A stretch of 35,272 bases of DNA, from IMG/VR virus record IMGVR_UViG_3300042901_001003, positions 1-35,272 of that record; one strand, 5' to 3'. The translations under genes were made by a program, and so were the position numbers. Source of the DNA: a virus. Its lineage: Duplodnaviria > Caudoviricetes. The notes below the pieces were generated by a model. The model saw only the letters and a list, made by a program, of their open reading frames with translations. It made no database searches and was not told the origin of the DNA. Each line of letters begins with the position of its first letter. Position 1 is the first letter of the stretch. This document shows, piece after piece, positions 24,859 through 34,449 of the stretch.

Positions 24859-25337
24859 AATTAAAAGAAGCCGTAAGTAGATTGGGATTCACAATATCAA
24901 AATCCAACAGACCAAACGAAAAAGACATCGAAGCTTTTAACTGCATTTTAGAAGTCTTAGAACAAACGCAAACTAAAACTATTCAGGATAATTTATTATT
25001 TGCTAAATTATACGCTTATAACTTACAGGAATTTACAAGACATTATAAATGCGTAAATTTAGCAACTGAAAAACTAAACGAATTGTTAGCCGAAAATATA
25101 GATTATCGTATTGAATTTTTAACGGCACAAATTAAACAAACTGAATTATGCAAAGTTATTACAGATGATTTTTTTGCAATACTTTCACCAACAAAAGCAC
25201 GAGAGAAATTAAAAGAATTTCCAAATCTTGAAAAAGAATTTGTACATATTTGGGATTTTTGGACCACAGAAAATGTAACTTCGCACCTGGAAACAAATGT
25301 AAATTTAACAATACAAAAATTTAAAAATCATGTTTGA
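24855..25337 (+). CDS. Hypothetical protein
   Basis: 160 aa, coupled within the replication operon. Confidence 0.7.
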   Translation: MKLKEAVSRLGFTISKSNRPNEKDIEAFNCILEVLEQTQTKTIQDNLLFAKLYAYNLQEFTRHYKCVNLATEKLNELLAENIDYRIEFLTAQIKQTELCKVITDDFFAILSPTKAREKLKEFPNLEKEFVHIWDFWTTENVTSHLETNVNLTIQKFKNHV

Positions 25338-26382
25338 AAAAATTAAAGTAGATAAACCGCAAAAGCTTGATTTTTCAAACGTTGAGAAATACAGAATAAG
25401 ACCAACAGACCAAATTCCAAAACCTGAAACAGTATTGCAAGTAGGAGGGAAAATTATATCCACTCGTAAAAATATTTTTGGAATTACAGGAAAAGCAAAA
25501 GTAGGTAAGTCTTTTTTAATGGCACTTATTAATGCTACTGTGCTTAAAAAAGGCGAAATGGGTATGTTATCTTCTTACTTGCCAAAAGGCAAAGACAAAA
25601 TTATATACATAGATACTGAGCAATCAGATTATCACGTTGCATTAGCTATTCAGAGAGTTAAAAAAATGGTAGAAGATTATAAAATTGATAATCTTTTAAT
25701 GTATGCATTCGATGCCGTTAATACTGATATGCGTCGAGCTTATACGGAATATCTAATACAAAATACTGAAGGTGTTGGGCTTGTTATTATCGATGGAATT
25801 GCTGACTTAGTAAAATCAATTAACGATGAAATTTTAGCTACTGAAATGTCAGACACTCTTCGAAAGTGGGCAACAATTAACGACGTTGCAATAGGTTACG
25901 TTTTGCACCAAAACCCAAGTGATAGCACTAAAATGCGTGGTCACTTAGGTACTATTTTAATGAATAAGTCAGAAACTGTATTGCAAATTTCTTCAAGTAA
26001 AGAAGATGATAGTATTAAAATAGTCGAAGCATTACAAACACGTAACGCAAAACCTGATAATTTTTCATTTAGAATTAATGATGGTATGCCTGAAATTATG
26101 GAACAATGCTATGAACTTCCAAAGGCTGGACGTAAGGCGCGAAAAACTTTAAGTAATATAGAAAGATACAATGTACTATTAGAGTGTTACAGAGGACTTA
26201 AAAAGAGCCAAAATTTAGGGTATAGCGTATTAATTGAAAAGGTAAGAGAGAATACAACCGATATGGGTGATAATGCAATTAAGCAATTTTTAACATACGC
26301 AAAAGAGATGAATTGGATAAATCAAGACGTACCAAAAGGCGGTTATTTCTTACAAGATTTTAGCGATGGTTTAATGGTTTAA
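25330..26382 (+). CDS. RecA-fold SF4-like replicative helicase (AAA_25/RepA-like)
   Basis: Walker A GKAKVGKS, YIDTEQ, Walker B VIIDG, VLHQN and RGHLG. Confidence 0.82.
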   Translation: MFEKIKVDKPQKLDFSNVEKYRIRPTDQIPKPETVLQVGGKIISTRKNIFGITGKAKVGKSFLMALINATVLKKGEMGMLSSYLPKGKDKIIYIDTEQSDYHVALAIQRVKKMVEDYKIDNLLMYAFDAVNTDMRRAYTEYLIQNTEGVGLVIIDGIADLVKSINDEILATEMSDTLRKWATINDVAIGYVLHQNPSDSTKMRGHLGTILMNKSETVLQISSSKEDDSIKIVEALQTRNAKPDNFSFRINDGMPEIMEQCYELPKAGRKARKTLSNIERYNVLLECYRGLKKSQNLGYSVLIEKVRENTTDMGDNAIKQFLTYAKEMNWINQDVPKGGYFLQDFSDGLMV

Positions 26383-26660
26383 CAATTATTTTAATTAAAC
26401 CGATGAATTATTAAACCATCAGCAAAAAACAATTATTAAACCATCATAAGCCCTTATAAACATTGACTTTTTTATTAAATTTTAGTTGATGGTTTAAAAA
26501 TAGAAAATAATTATTAAACCATTAAAAAAAGCATTTTATCGTATTTATTTGTATTTAGTCGATGGTTTAATGGTTTAAAAATAGAAAAAACACATGGTTT
26601 ATGATGGTTTAATAATACCCCTATAAGGGGGTATTTTAAACCTAAACCATTAAACCATTA
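26366..26660. repeat. Cluster of ATGGTTTA/TAAACCAT repeats, candidate replication origin
   Basis: About a dozen copies in both orientations in a non-coding gap, plus the inverted repeat AATACCCC/GGGGTATT at 26614-26635. Confidence 0.7.
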
Positions 26661-26673
26661 AAAAAGTTAATAA

Positions 26674-26829
26674 ATGAAAAAACAAACTAAACCTAAACAA
26701 CCAACATTTCAAGAATTCGAAATTGAAAAGCGTAAACTTTACGTATCAAAAGAAAATCCAACACGATTAAAAGAAATTATTAAAAAATTAGATTATATTT
26801 ATTACGGTATTAAAAATATAACACTATGA
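26674..26829 (+). CDS. Hypothetical protein (51 aa)
   Basis: Manual translation MKKQTKPKQP...; ATGA coupled to next ORF. Confidence 0.5.
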   Translation: MKKQTKPKQPTFQEFEIEKRKLYVSKENPTRLKEIIKKLDYIYYGIKNITL

Positions 26830-26993
26830 CACCTCACATCGTTTACTTTGAATTATTTGGTAAAAAAATGAAAACCGAAGTATTAGCTAAAGACGCTAAT
26901 CACGCTAAAGAAATTGTAAAATCTAAAATTATATTCCATAAAGTAGAAAATAAAACAATAGATTTTTTAAAAGATATCTTTGGAATGAAATAA
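26826..26993 (+). CDS. Hypothetical protein (55 aa)
   Basis: Manual translation MTPHIVYFELFGKKMK...DIFGMK*. Confidence 0.6.
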   Translation: MTPHIVYFELFGKKMKTEVLAKDANHAKEIVKSKIIFHKVENKTIDFLKDIFGMK

Positions 26994-26998
26994 TTTTG

Positions 26999-27006
26999 TA
27001 TATTTG
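26999..27006 (+). promoter_or_regulatory. Promoter -7 element upstream of terminase small subunit
   Basis: TATATTTG. Confidence 0.55.
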
Positions 27007-27088
27007 TAGAAAATAGCAACGTTCTTACGTGTTTTAAGGTTTAAATTTAAATCATGTTTAGCTATTCATGGTTTTTTAAATTAAAGTT

Positions 27089-27499
27089 ATGGCAAGACCA
27101 AGCGAATATAATATAGAAATATGTATCTTAATTTGTGAAGAAATTGCAAAAGGTGGAAACATAATGCAAGTACTTGATTCATGTACTAATTATCCAAGTT
27201 GGAGTACTTTCAGAAGATGGAAAAGAGATAATGAAGAATTACGAACGTTGTATATAAACTCACAACAAGATAAAGCAGAAGCACTTGAAAAAGAAATGGA
27301 CGATTATCGGTCTATGTTGTTAGCTAAAGAAATAGACGCATCTACTTATAACACATTAGTACAGACTTTAAAATGGAAAATGTCAAAGTATTATGCTAAA
27401 ATGTATGGTGACAAAACAGATATTACAAGCGGTGGAGAAAAGATACAAACAGCTCCTACTTCGATACAAGTTGAAATAACTAAACCAAATGAAGATTAA
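27089..27499 (+). CDS. terS: Terminase small subunit (Sf6 gp1-like)
   Basis: MARPSEY...ICEEIA.G...PS.ST..RW...KW.MSK...YGDK.DITS.GE. Confidence 0.85.
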   Translation: MARPSEYNIEICILICEEIAKGGNIMQVLDSCTNYPSWSTFRRWKRDNEELRTLYINSQQDKAEALEKEMDDYRSMLLAKEIDASTYNTLVQTLKWKMSKYYAKMYGDKTDITSGGEKIQTAPTSIQVEITKPNED

Positions 27500-27514
27500 T
27501 TAAAATTAATTTTG

Positions 27515-27522
27515 TATATTTG
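27515..27522 (+). promoter_or_regulatory. Promoter -7 element upstream of GIY-YIG gene
   Basis: TATATTTG directly upstream of the structured leader. Confidence 0.65.
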
Positions 27523-27526
27523 TGTT

Positions 27527-27607
27527 TGTATTGTCTCAGATACACATAAAAACATTATAAAAAATCCAACTATGATAAGACTGAGACCTTTGATTAGTTG
27601 GTTTTTT
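27527..27607 (+). ncRNA. Putative structured leader RNA, copy 2
   Basis: TGTAT/ATACA stem with loop GTCTCAG; second stem CCAACTA/TAGTTGG with loop CTGAGAC; T tract follows. Confidence 0.55.
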
Positions 27608-27612
27608 CATTT

Positions 27613-28386
27613 ATGATAGGAATATATAAAATTACAAGTCCAACAAAAAAAGTTTATATTGGTCAAAGTATAAACATTGAAAAAAGAATAAAGGATTATT
27701 CTAATTTAAAAAACTGCATTGAACAACCAAAATTATATAATTCGTTTTTAAAACACAAAGTAGAAAATCATATTTTTGAAATAATATGTGAATGTGAAAT
27801 AACAAAACTTAATGAATTAGAAAGATATTATCAAGAATTGTATAACGTTATTCAAACAGGATTAAATTGTGTTTTAACAAATACACAAGATAGATGCGGA
27901 TTTTTAAGTAAAGAAACAAAATTAAAAATTTCAAACTCAAAAAAAGGACAAGGTAAAGGAATTAAAAAAAGTATTGAATTTAAACAGTCAGTTTCAAAAA
28001 ATAATAAATTAAGAGTTTGGAAACAAGAATCTAAATTAAAATTATCTAAAAGTTTAAAAGGAAAATTTAAAGGTGAGCTAAACCCATTTTTTGGAAAAAC
28101 ACACACTAAAGAATCTTTATTAAAAATGAGTGAATCATCAAAAAACAGAAAACCACCAATGCTAGGAAAAAAACACTCAATAGAAACAAAAAACAAAATA
28201 AAAGAAAAAAATAAATTAAAAACATTTGGTAAAAATTCTAATGCTAAAATAGTTTTAGATATTTCAAATGGTATTTATTATGAGTGTGTAAAAGAGTTAG
28301 CAATTATATTAAATATTAATAGACATACTTTGTCAAGAAAAATAAGAGGTGACAGAAAAAATAATACTAATTATATTTACGTATGA
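27613..28386 (+). CDS. GIY-YIG homing endonuclease with NUMOD3-like repeats
   Basis: GIYKIT...VYIGQS...R...E; NPFFGKTHTKES and GKKHSIETK repeats; C-terminal HTH; ATG at 27613. Confidence 0.92.
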   Translation: MIGIYKITSPTKKVYIGQSINIEKRIKDYSNLKNCIEQPKLYNSFLKHKVENHIFEIICECEITKLNELERYYQELYNVIQTGLNCVLTNTQDRCGFLSKETKLKISNSKKGQGKGIKKSIEFKQSVSKNNKLRVWKQESKLKLSKSLKGKFKGELNPFFGKTHTKESLLKMSESSKNRKPPMLGKKHSIETKNKIKEKNKLKTFGKNSNAKIVLDISNGIYYECVKELAIILNINRHTLSRKIRGDRKNNTNYIYV

Positions 28387-29705
28387 AAGCTACAATAGTA
28401 TTTGAGAAAACATGGGGAGCTATAAACGCAAAGAAAGAAGACGGAAGCAGAAAGTATAAATATATTATTCATACTGGTTCTTCACGTTCAAGTAAAACAT
28501 ATTCTATACTTCAAACACATTGGCTAATTTGTTTAACAGAACCAAATACAAGAGTTTCTATTTGGCGTGAAACAAAAGCAGATTGTAAAATGACAATTTT
28601 AGCTGATTTAAAAAAAGCAGTACCAACATTTCCAAATAATGAAGTAGTAACTTTTAATAAAACTGAAAGTGTTTATACTTTTCCAAATGGAAGTACAATT
28701 GAATTTATGGGAGGCGACGAAGAAAATAGAGTACATGGGTTTCAAGGAAATGTAGCACATTTAAACGAGCCTTATAAGTTTGGTGAAGATGCATTTAATC
28801 AAATAGATATGCGAACAAGTAACTACGTAATTATTGATTGGAATCCAAAAAGTAAACATTTTATTGATGATATTAGTAAAAGAGATAATGCTATTGTTAT
28901 TCATTCTACATATAAAGACAACCCCTTTTGCCCAATTGAACAAAGATTAAAAATTGAAAGCTATTTATCAGTAAAATATACTGATGTAGTAGAAAGCAAT
29001 TTAATTGACTTATCAAACGCATACAATTATAATTTTGATAGTAATATATTAAACTTTACAGACAAACAATTAAAAGAACTTAAAAAAGCATTACACAATG
29101 AAAGTCAAAATACTTCAAACGATTATCTTCATTTAGTTTACGCAAAAGGTTTAAAAGCCGAGAAGCCTAACAGAATTTTTAAAGGGTGGAAAATAATAGA
29201 AGATAAAGAGTTTGAAAATTTACCTTATCCTTATTATTTTGGTTTAGATTTTGGAATTTCAGCTCCTACAGCATTGGTAAAAATGAAAACTGATGGAGAT
29301 GGAACTTACTTTTTAAAAGAGCTATTGTATAAACCACTTAATCAAATGAGTGGCACTTTATCTGATGAGTTAGAAAGTTTAGGAATACCAAAACATATTG
29401 AAATTATTTGTGATAGTGGTAACGAATTGAATCAAGGCGAAGGACAAAAGCTACGTAATAGCGGTTATAATATTATATTCGCTCAAAAGGGGCAAGGCTC
29501 GGTAGTTTCAGCAATTGAAACAATGCAAAAATCAACTATCTATTATACTAAAACAAGTTACAACCTTGAGGAAAATTACGAAAATTACTCATGGAAAATT
29601 TATCAAGGAATACAGCTTGATATTCCAGAAGAAACAAGAGAAGATTTAATAGATGCTTCAAAGTATGTAATTAAATGGTATTCCAAAACAAGATATTTAA
29701 CATAA
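28383..29705 (+). CDS. terL: Terminase large subunit (PBSX/Terminase_3-like)
   Basis: Walker A GSSRSSKT, Walker B variant AHLNE, DWNP, STYKDNPF, GLDFG and D.IDA. Confidence 0.92.
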   Translation: MKATIVFEKTWGAINAKKEDGSRKYKYIIHTGSSRSSKTYSILQTHWLICLTEPNTRVSIWRETKADCKMTILADLKKAVPTFPNNEVVTFNKTESVYTFPNGSTIEFMGGDEENRVHGFQGNVAHLNEPYKFGEDAFNQIDMRTSNYVIIDWNPKSKHFIDDISKRDNAIVIHSTYKDNPFCPIEQRLKIESYLSVKYTDVVESNLIDLSNAYNYNFDSNILNFTDKQLKELKKALHNESQNTSNDYLHLVYAKGLKAEKPNRIFKGWKIIEDKEFENLPYPYYFGLDFGISAPTALVKMKTDGDGTYFLKELLYKPLNQMSGTLSDELESLGIPKHIEIICDSGNELNQGEGQKLRNSGYNIIFAQKGQGSVVSAIETMQKSTIYYTKTSYNLEENYENYSWKIYQGIQLDIPEETREDLIDASKYVIKWYSKTRYLT

Positions 29706-29721
29706 AATAATTAATAAAATG

Positions 29722-29750
29722 TTTGCGTATTAATTATTTTTGTATATTTG
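29722..29750 (+). promoter_or_regulatory. Promoter upstream of portal
   Basis: TTTG-N17-TATATTTG. Confidence 0.7.
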
Positions 29751-29783
29751 TAAAAATTAACGATGTGAATCGTAGATAAAAAT

Positions 29784-30992
29784 ATGGTAGAAAAATCATT
29801 TTCTTTATTCGGTAGGGAGCTTTTTCGTGTTGAAAGAAACCGATTAGGCGAGTTTTCATATTCTTTTTTAAATGGAGAAGATTTTAACCATTCTACTAAA
29901 TACCTTGAAATGTCATTAAGCAACCCTGTTTTAATGACTATTATTTCTTTACGTTCTAAAATATATTCTCAAATGAGAATAACACATTTAGACGCAAGCG
30001 GAAAAGAAATAAAAAATAGTCCTTACATTAAATTATTAAATCAACCTAACTACTTTCAAAGCGGTCAGGATTTCTTATTTCAGCAAATGTGGTTTTTATC
30101 AGCAACAGGTAACGACTTAATTTACCAAAAGAAAGCGTTTGCAAATGAATTACCAAAAGCTATTTATAATTTAGTACCAAGTGAAATTGATTTTAATGAG
30201 GTTCATAAATTAAATAAGTTTATTGTAACTCAAAAAGATATTAAAGCATATTCAGAAAAGATAATAAAATATACTTTAGACAATACAACTTTTGAAATAC
30301 CTTTAAGCGATTTAGTACCATTATATGACTTATCTAATGGACTTACAAATAATGCGTTTATGCGTTCAGAAAGTCGTGTAAAGGCAGTGCATAAAGTTTT
30401 ACAGAATATAGACCAAAATATAAAGTCTAAACATACTAACTTACAGATGTCGCAAAAGTACATAGGTAAGAATCAAAGTAACGGAAACGAGGCACAAATA
30501 CAGCAACAAGACAGAAATAGTATAGAGCGTTCAATTTCTTCTAATTCTTTGGTTTTAACTAATGCTAATGTTGATGTTAAGCATTTAGTTAGCGACATGA
30601 AACGTTTGTATTTAGATGAGCAATTTGCTGACGATGCCAACAAAGTACTTTTAGCTTTTGAGCTAAACAAAAACGTTTTAAATTATTTTGCTAAGGACTC
30701 AACATTTGAAAATCAAAATCAAGGCGTTATATCATGGGTTCAAAGTTCTATTCAAACAAGTGCAGACGATTTAATGAATAGCTTATCTTCTCAATGGGGT
30801 TTATTAGAAAGAAACGAAAAGTTAGTAGCAAGTTATGAGCATTTACCAATTATGCAAAGCGTTGTTAATGATAAAATAAAGTCATTTACTGAAATGCAAA
30901 ACGCTATTAAAATAGGTTTAGAAAATGGAACTTTAACAACAGAAGAAGCAAAGAAAATGAGTGATGAATTTAGACTAAAATTAAAGTTATGA
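29784..30992 (+). CDS. Portal protein (HK97-like)
   Basis: LLNQPNYFQ...FL...GN, STFENQ motifs; located between terL and protease. Confidence 0.85.
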   Translation: MVEKSFSLFGRELFRVERNRLGEFSYSFLNGEDFNHSTKYLEMSLSNPVLMTIISLRSKIYSQMRITHLDASGKEIKNSPYIKLLNQPNYFQSGQDFLFQQMWFLSATGNDLIYQKKAFANELPKAIYNLVPSEIDFNEVHKLNKFIVTQKDIKAYSEKIIKYTLDNTTFEIPLSDLVPLYDLSNGLTNNAFMRSESRVKAVHKVLQNIDQNIKSKHTNLQMSQKYIGKNQSNGNEAQIQQQDRNSIERSISSNSLVLTNANVDVKHLVSDMKRLYLDEQFADDANKVLLAFELNKNVLNYFAKDSTFENQNQGVISWVQSSIQTSADDLMNSLSSQWGLLERNEKLVASYEHLPIMQSVVNDKIKSFTEMQNAIKIGLENGTLTTEEAKKMSDEFRLKLKL

Positions 30993-31102
30993 TAATCAAA
31001 GAGCAAAAAGATAAATTAAAAGAGATTGCTAAAAGAACTGATAACGAAAGTTTAAAGCAAGATATTAAAGATAAATTAACTAATAAAGAAGTAAAAAAAT
31101 GA
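30989..31102 (+). CDS. Small basic protein (37 aa)
   Basis: Manual translation; ATGA overlaps at both ends. Confidence 0.5.
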   Translation: MIIKEQKDKLKEIAKRTDNESLKQDIKDKLTNKEVKK

Positions 31103-31938
31103 TTGCAGTAAAAGAATTTCCAGATAGAGAATTTGAAACGCAACAAGATTTATTTAAAGCGTTAAAAGAAAATAAAAAGCAACTTATTTCTTTAAAGAAA
31201 TCTATTGAAAAAAGAGCTGATGCAATTAGTTATACTTCAAATAATGTAGTTTTAACAGAAGTAGCAAAGTCAGAAGATAATAACGTACAAGAACCTAACA
31301 AGATACAAGTAAAGGTAGTTATTAATACTACTAACTTTATTGATTCTCATAATGATTTGCACGTTAACGGGATTTGGAATAAATCAGTAACTGACAATGC
31401 TAATAAAGGATTTTTACATTTACAGGAACATGACAGAGATTTTGACAAAGTAATAAGCGACAATGCTAAAGGTTATATTGAATCTATAACATGGAAAAGT
31501 TTAGGATTTTCTTATAACGGAAAAACAGAAGCTTTAATTTTTGATTCAACTATTGAAAAGGAACGTAACGAGTTTATGTTTAAACAATATTCTAAAGGGT
31601 GGGTTAAAAATCATTCGGTAGGAATGAGATACGTTAAAATTGATTTAGCTATTAATTCAGAATCAGAATATGATAAAGAAGAAAAAGAAATATGGGATAA
31701 ATATTACCAAGTAGTAGCTAATAAAGAAGTAGCCGATGAAAGAGGTTTCTTTTGGGTTGTTAGTGAAGCAAAAATAATCGAAGGTAGTGCGGTTGTAATG
31801 GGTAGTAATTCAGCAACACCAACTATATCAGTAGAAAATAAAACAGAAGCCGACACAATCACTTCTGAAAAACAAGAGCCGTCAAACGACACTCAAAAAC
31901 AAAACGAGTTATTAAAAGAATTACTAAACAAATTTTAA
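31099..31938 (+). CDS. Prohead maturation protease (putative)
   Basis: DSHND, LQEH, HSVG and EGSAV..GSN match the HK97/herpes-type protease layout; located between portal and capsid. Confidence 0.75.
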   Translation: MIAVKEFPDREFETQQDLFKALKENKKQLISLKKSIEKRADAISYTSNNVVLTEVAKSEDNNVQEPNKIQVKVVINTTNFIDSHNDLHVNGIWNKSVTDNANKGFLHLQEHDRDFDKVISDNAKGYIESITWKSLGFSYNGKTEALIFDSTIEKERNEFMFKQYSKGWVKNHSVGMRYVKIDLAINSESEYDKEEKEIWDKYYQVVANKEVADERGFFWVVSEAKIIEGSAVVMGSNSATPTISVENKTEADTITSEKQEPSNDTQKQNELLKELLNKF

Positions 31939-31948
31939 ATTAAACAGA

Positions 31949-33133
31949 ATGGATGAAAATTTAATTAAAGCGTTAGGAGATAAAATCGACGCAATGAAAA
32001 ACGAATCAGTTACAAAAGCGGAACTGATTGAGCTAATGTCTAAAGTACAAGCGTTAGAAACTTCTGGAACAAACGTTACAGAAATGAAATCTAATGTAGA
32101 AGAAATTGCTTTAAGAGTATTAGACTTAGAAACTAAAGGAGTAGATAAAAATGTAGAAGAAAATCTACAATCTATTTTAACAGCTAAAAAAGATGAACTT
32201 TCTGCAATGAAAGACAAATCTGGTTCAAGTATTAAGTTCGTATTAAAAGCGGCTGGTACTATGGCAGAATCTACTAACATTACAGGCGCTATTCCACAAG
32301 GTCAAAGAGAGGCTGGAATTACAAGAGTAGTTAGAAGAAATCCTTTTATTTTACAGTTAGTAAACGTTGGTACTATTATGTCTAACCTATGGGAATGGGT
32401 AGAACAAAAAAATCCTGACGGAGGTGCTGGAATGACAGCAGAAGGAGCTAAAAAATCACAAGCTGACTTTGATTTAGTATTAGCTTCTGCGTCTGTTAAA
32501 AAAGTAACTGCATTTATCAAAGTTACTAAAGAGATGTTAGACGATGTTGAATTGTTAAGAGCTGAAATTGACCAAGAATTAACAGAGCTTATCAACTTAA
32601 AAATGGATGAGCAAATTTTGTCAGGAGATGGTTTAACTGTAAACTTAAACGGAATTATTACAACTGCTACGGCTTATTCTGCTGGTAGTTTTGCTTTAGG
32701 AATTGTAGCACCTAATAAAGCCGATGTTTTAAGAACTGCAATTAACCAAGTAAGAGTAAACTTATTCGAGCCGACTTATATTGTAATGCACCCAACGGAT
32801 GTAACTTCAATGGAGTTAGTAAAAGATACAACAGGACAATATGTATTACCTCCTTTCACTTCTATTGATGGTACTATTGTTAGCGGTATTAGAGTAGTTG
32901 CTAATACAGGAATGACTGTTGATAAATTCTTAGTAGGTGATTTCACAAAATCGGGAGTTAGATTTAAAGAGGGATTGACTGTAAATGTAGGTTATGAAAA
33001 TGACGATTTTACTAAAAACCTTGTTACTATTTTAGCCGAAGCTCGTTTAGTACATAGAGTGAAATCTAACCACTACGGAGCATTCGTTTATGGTGATTTC
33101 TCTGATGCTATTACGGCATTAACAAAACCATAA
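31949..33133 (+). CDS. Major capsid protein (HK97 fold)
   Basis: N-terminal coiled delta domain; AEGAKK, VTKEMLDD, ILSGDG, MHPTD, VGDF and DDFTKNLVTILAEAR. Confidence 0.93.
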   Translation: MDENLIKALGDKIDAMKNESVTKAELIELMSKVQALETSGTNVTEMKSNVEEIALRVLDLETKGVDKNVEENLQSILTAKKDELSAMKDKSGSSIKFVLKAAGTMAESTNITGAIPQGQREAGITRVVRRNPFILQLVNVGTIMSNLWEWVEQKNPDGGAGMTAEGAKKSQADFDLVLASASVKKVTAFIKVTKEMLDDVELLRAEIDQELTELINLKMDEQILSGDGLTVNLNGIITTATAYSAGSFALGIVAPNKADVLRTAINQVRVNLFEPTYIVMHPTDVTSMELVKDTTGQYVLPPFTSIDGTIVSGIRVVANTGMTVDKFLVGDFTKSGVRFKEGLTVNVGYENDDFTKNLVTILAEARLVHRVKSNHYGAFVYGDFSDAITALTKP

Positions 33134-33136
33134 TAA

Positions 33137-33286
33137 ATGCAAGTTAAGTTATTAAAAGATTGGGCTGGTAATAAAAAATCAGCCCTTATCGAAATAACCG
33201 ACGAAGCTGTATTAACTAAAGGTTTTGAAATAGGGTTATTTGAAAAACAAGAAGATAAAAAGGTTAAACCTAAAAAAGAAGAATAA
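33137..33286 (+). CDS. Small capsid-adjacent protein (49 aa)
   Basis: Manual translation MQVKLLKDWAG...KPKKEE*. Confidence 0.6.
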   Translation: MQVKLLKDWAGNKKSALIEITDEAVLTKGFEIGLFEKQEDKKVKPKKEE

Positions 33287-33288
33287 AG

Positions 33289-33927
33289 ATGCCTAATATA
33301 ATTGATACTACTTACTTTCAGAAAGCAAACGGATTAAATATTCCGTTAAGTCAAAGCGCCCCTATTAGCAATGTTGCAATGCAAACACCTAATAATGTGC
33401 AAGCACTTGAATTGCTTATTACTAAAGTAGAAAAATCAATTTTATTAAATGCTTTAGGTTTAACAGTTTATAATGAACTACAATTAGCTTTAGCGGACAT
33501 TAATAATCCGTTATACGCTTCTTATAAAAAGTTAGTGCAAGGTGAACAATACGATGGTAAATTATGGAACGGATTAGAATATGACAATAGTCTAATTGCG
33601 TGGCGTATTTATGAGGATTTTGTAACCGAAGCTAACACAAGTTTAACGGCTGTTGGAACTGCAAATATAAACCCTGAAAAAGCAAATTTAATATCTCCAT
33701 ATTATAGAATTGCAAACGCAAATACAAACTTTATTACACAATATCAAGGTGGTTATTTAAAATACCCTATTATTTATGATGATATTTTTATAGATTGGTT
33801 TGGTGGGTGCAATAATAATATAGAGGTTTCTTTGTATCAATATTTAGTTGACAAAGTAGCTGATTTTGATGGTTTAGATATTGCTAAATTTAAGGTTTAC
33901 GACACTAAAAACTCTTTTGGTATATGA
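33289..33927 (+). CDS. Putative head-tail adaptor
   Basis: 212 aa; position after capsid (inference). Confidence 0.5.
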   Translation: MPNIIDTTYFQKANGLNIPLSQSAPISNVAMQTPNNVQALELLITKVEKSILLNALGLTVYNELQLALADINNPLYASYKKLVQGEQYDGKLWNGLEYDNSLIAWRIYEDFVTEANTSLTAVGTANINPEKANLISPYYRIANANTNFITQYQGGYLKYPIIYDDIFIDWFGGCNNNIEVSLYQYLVDKVADFDGLDIAKFKVYDTKNSFGI

Positions 33928-34436
33928 TAGTATTCGAGGAACAATTAGGTAGATTAGTAGAAGTATTACCAACTATTCAAGATGCTAATTTTAATAGTTT
34001 TGCTATTAATTACAATTGGGGAACAGAAGAAATACTTAACCAATATTTAAAGTTAAACGGAAAGTTAAGTTTTCCTTTAATATGGTTAGAAGTAGGTGAA
34101 GATACGAATGATTTAAGGGAACAAAGTGTAAAGCGTCAAGCAAACATTATAATTCTTAATGAATCACAAGCACCGCAAGAATTTAACCCTTATCAATATC
34201 AATATGATTTTAGTTTAGTATTACAACCGATAGCAAATAACTTAACACAAGCATTAGAGCAAAGCGGAATAAGTAGATTTGACGATAGAAACATAAGAAC
34301 AAAAAGAGTCACAAAATACTCAATGCGTGAGAATGACAAATCTTTAATATTTATTTGCAACGCAATTGTAATAAATGCAGAAATAACATTTAGCAACGTT
34401 TCAAGTTGCTTACAAACAATTCAATTTAACAATTAA
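33924..34436 (+). CDS. Putative neck/tail terminator protein
   Basis: 170 aa; FPLIWL motif; position before major tail gene (inference). Confidence 0.45.
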   Translation: MIVFEEQLGRLVEVLPTIQDANFNSFAINYNWGTEEILNQYLKLNGKLSFPLIWLEVGEDTNDLREQSVKRQANIIILNESQAPQEFNPYQYQYDFSLVLQPIANNLTQALEQSGISRFDDRNIRTKRVTKYSMRENDKSLIFICNAIVINAEITFSNVSSCLQTIQFNN

Positions 34437-34449
34437 TAAATAAAAAACT

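Noticed and set aside
28755-28770. Terminase Walker B reading HLNE instead of hhhDE as sign of inactivation
   Set aside because: The catalytic Glu is retained, all other motifs are intact, and NE variants occur in this terminase group as I recall; no evidence of a pseudogene.
20586-34396. Minus-strand ORFs within replication and structural genes
   Set aside because: Antisense shadows overlapping genes with clear family motifs.
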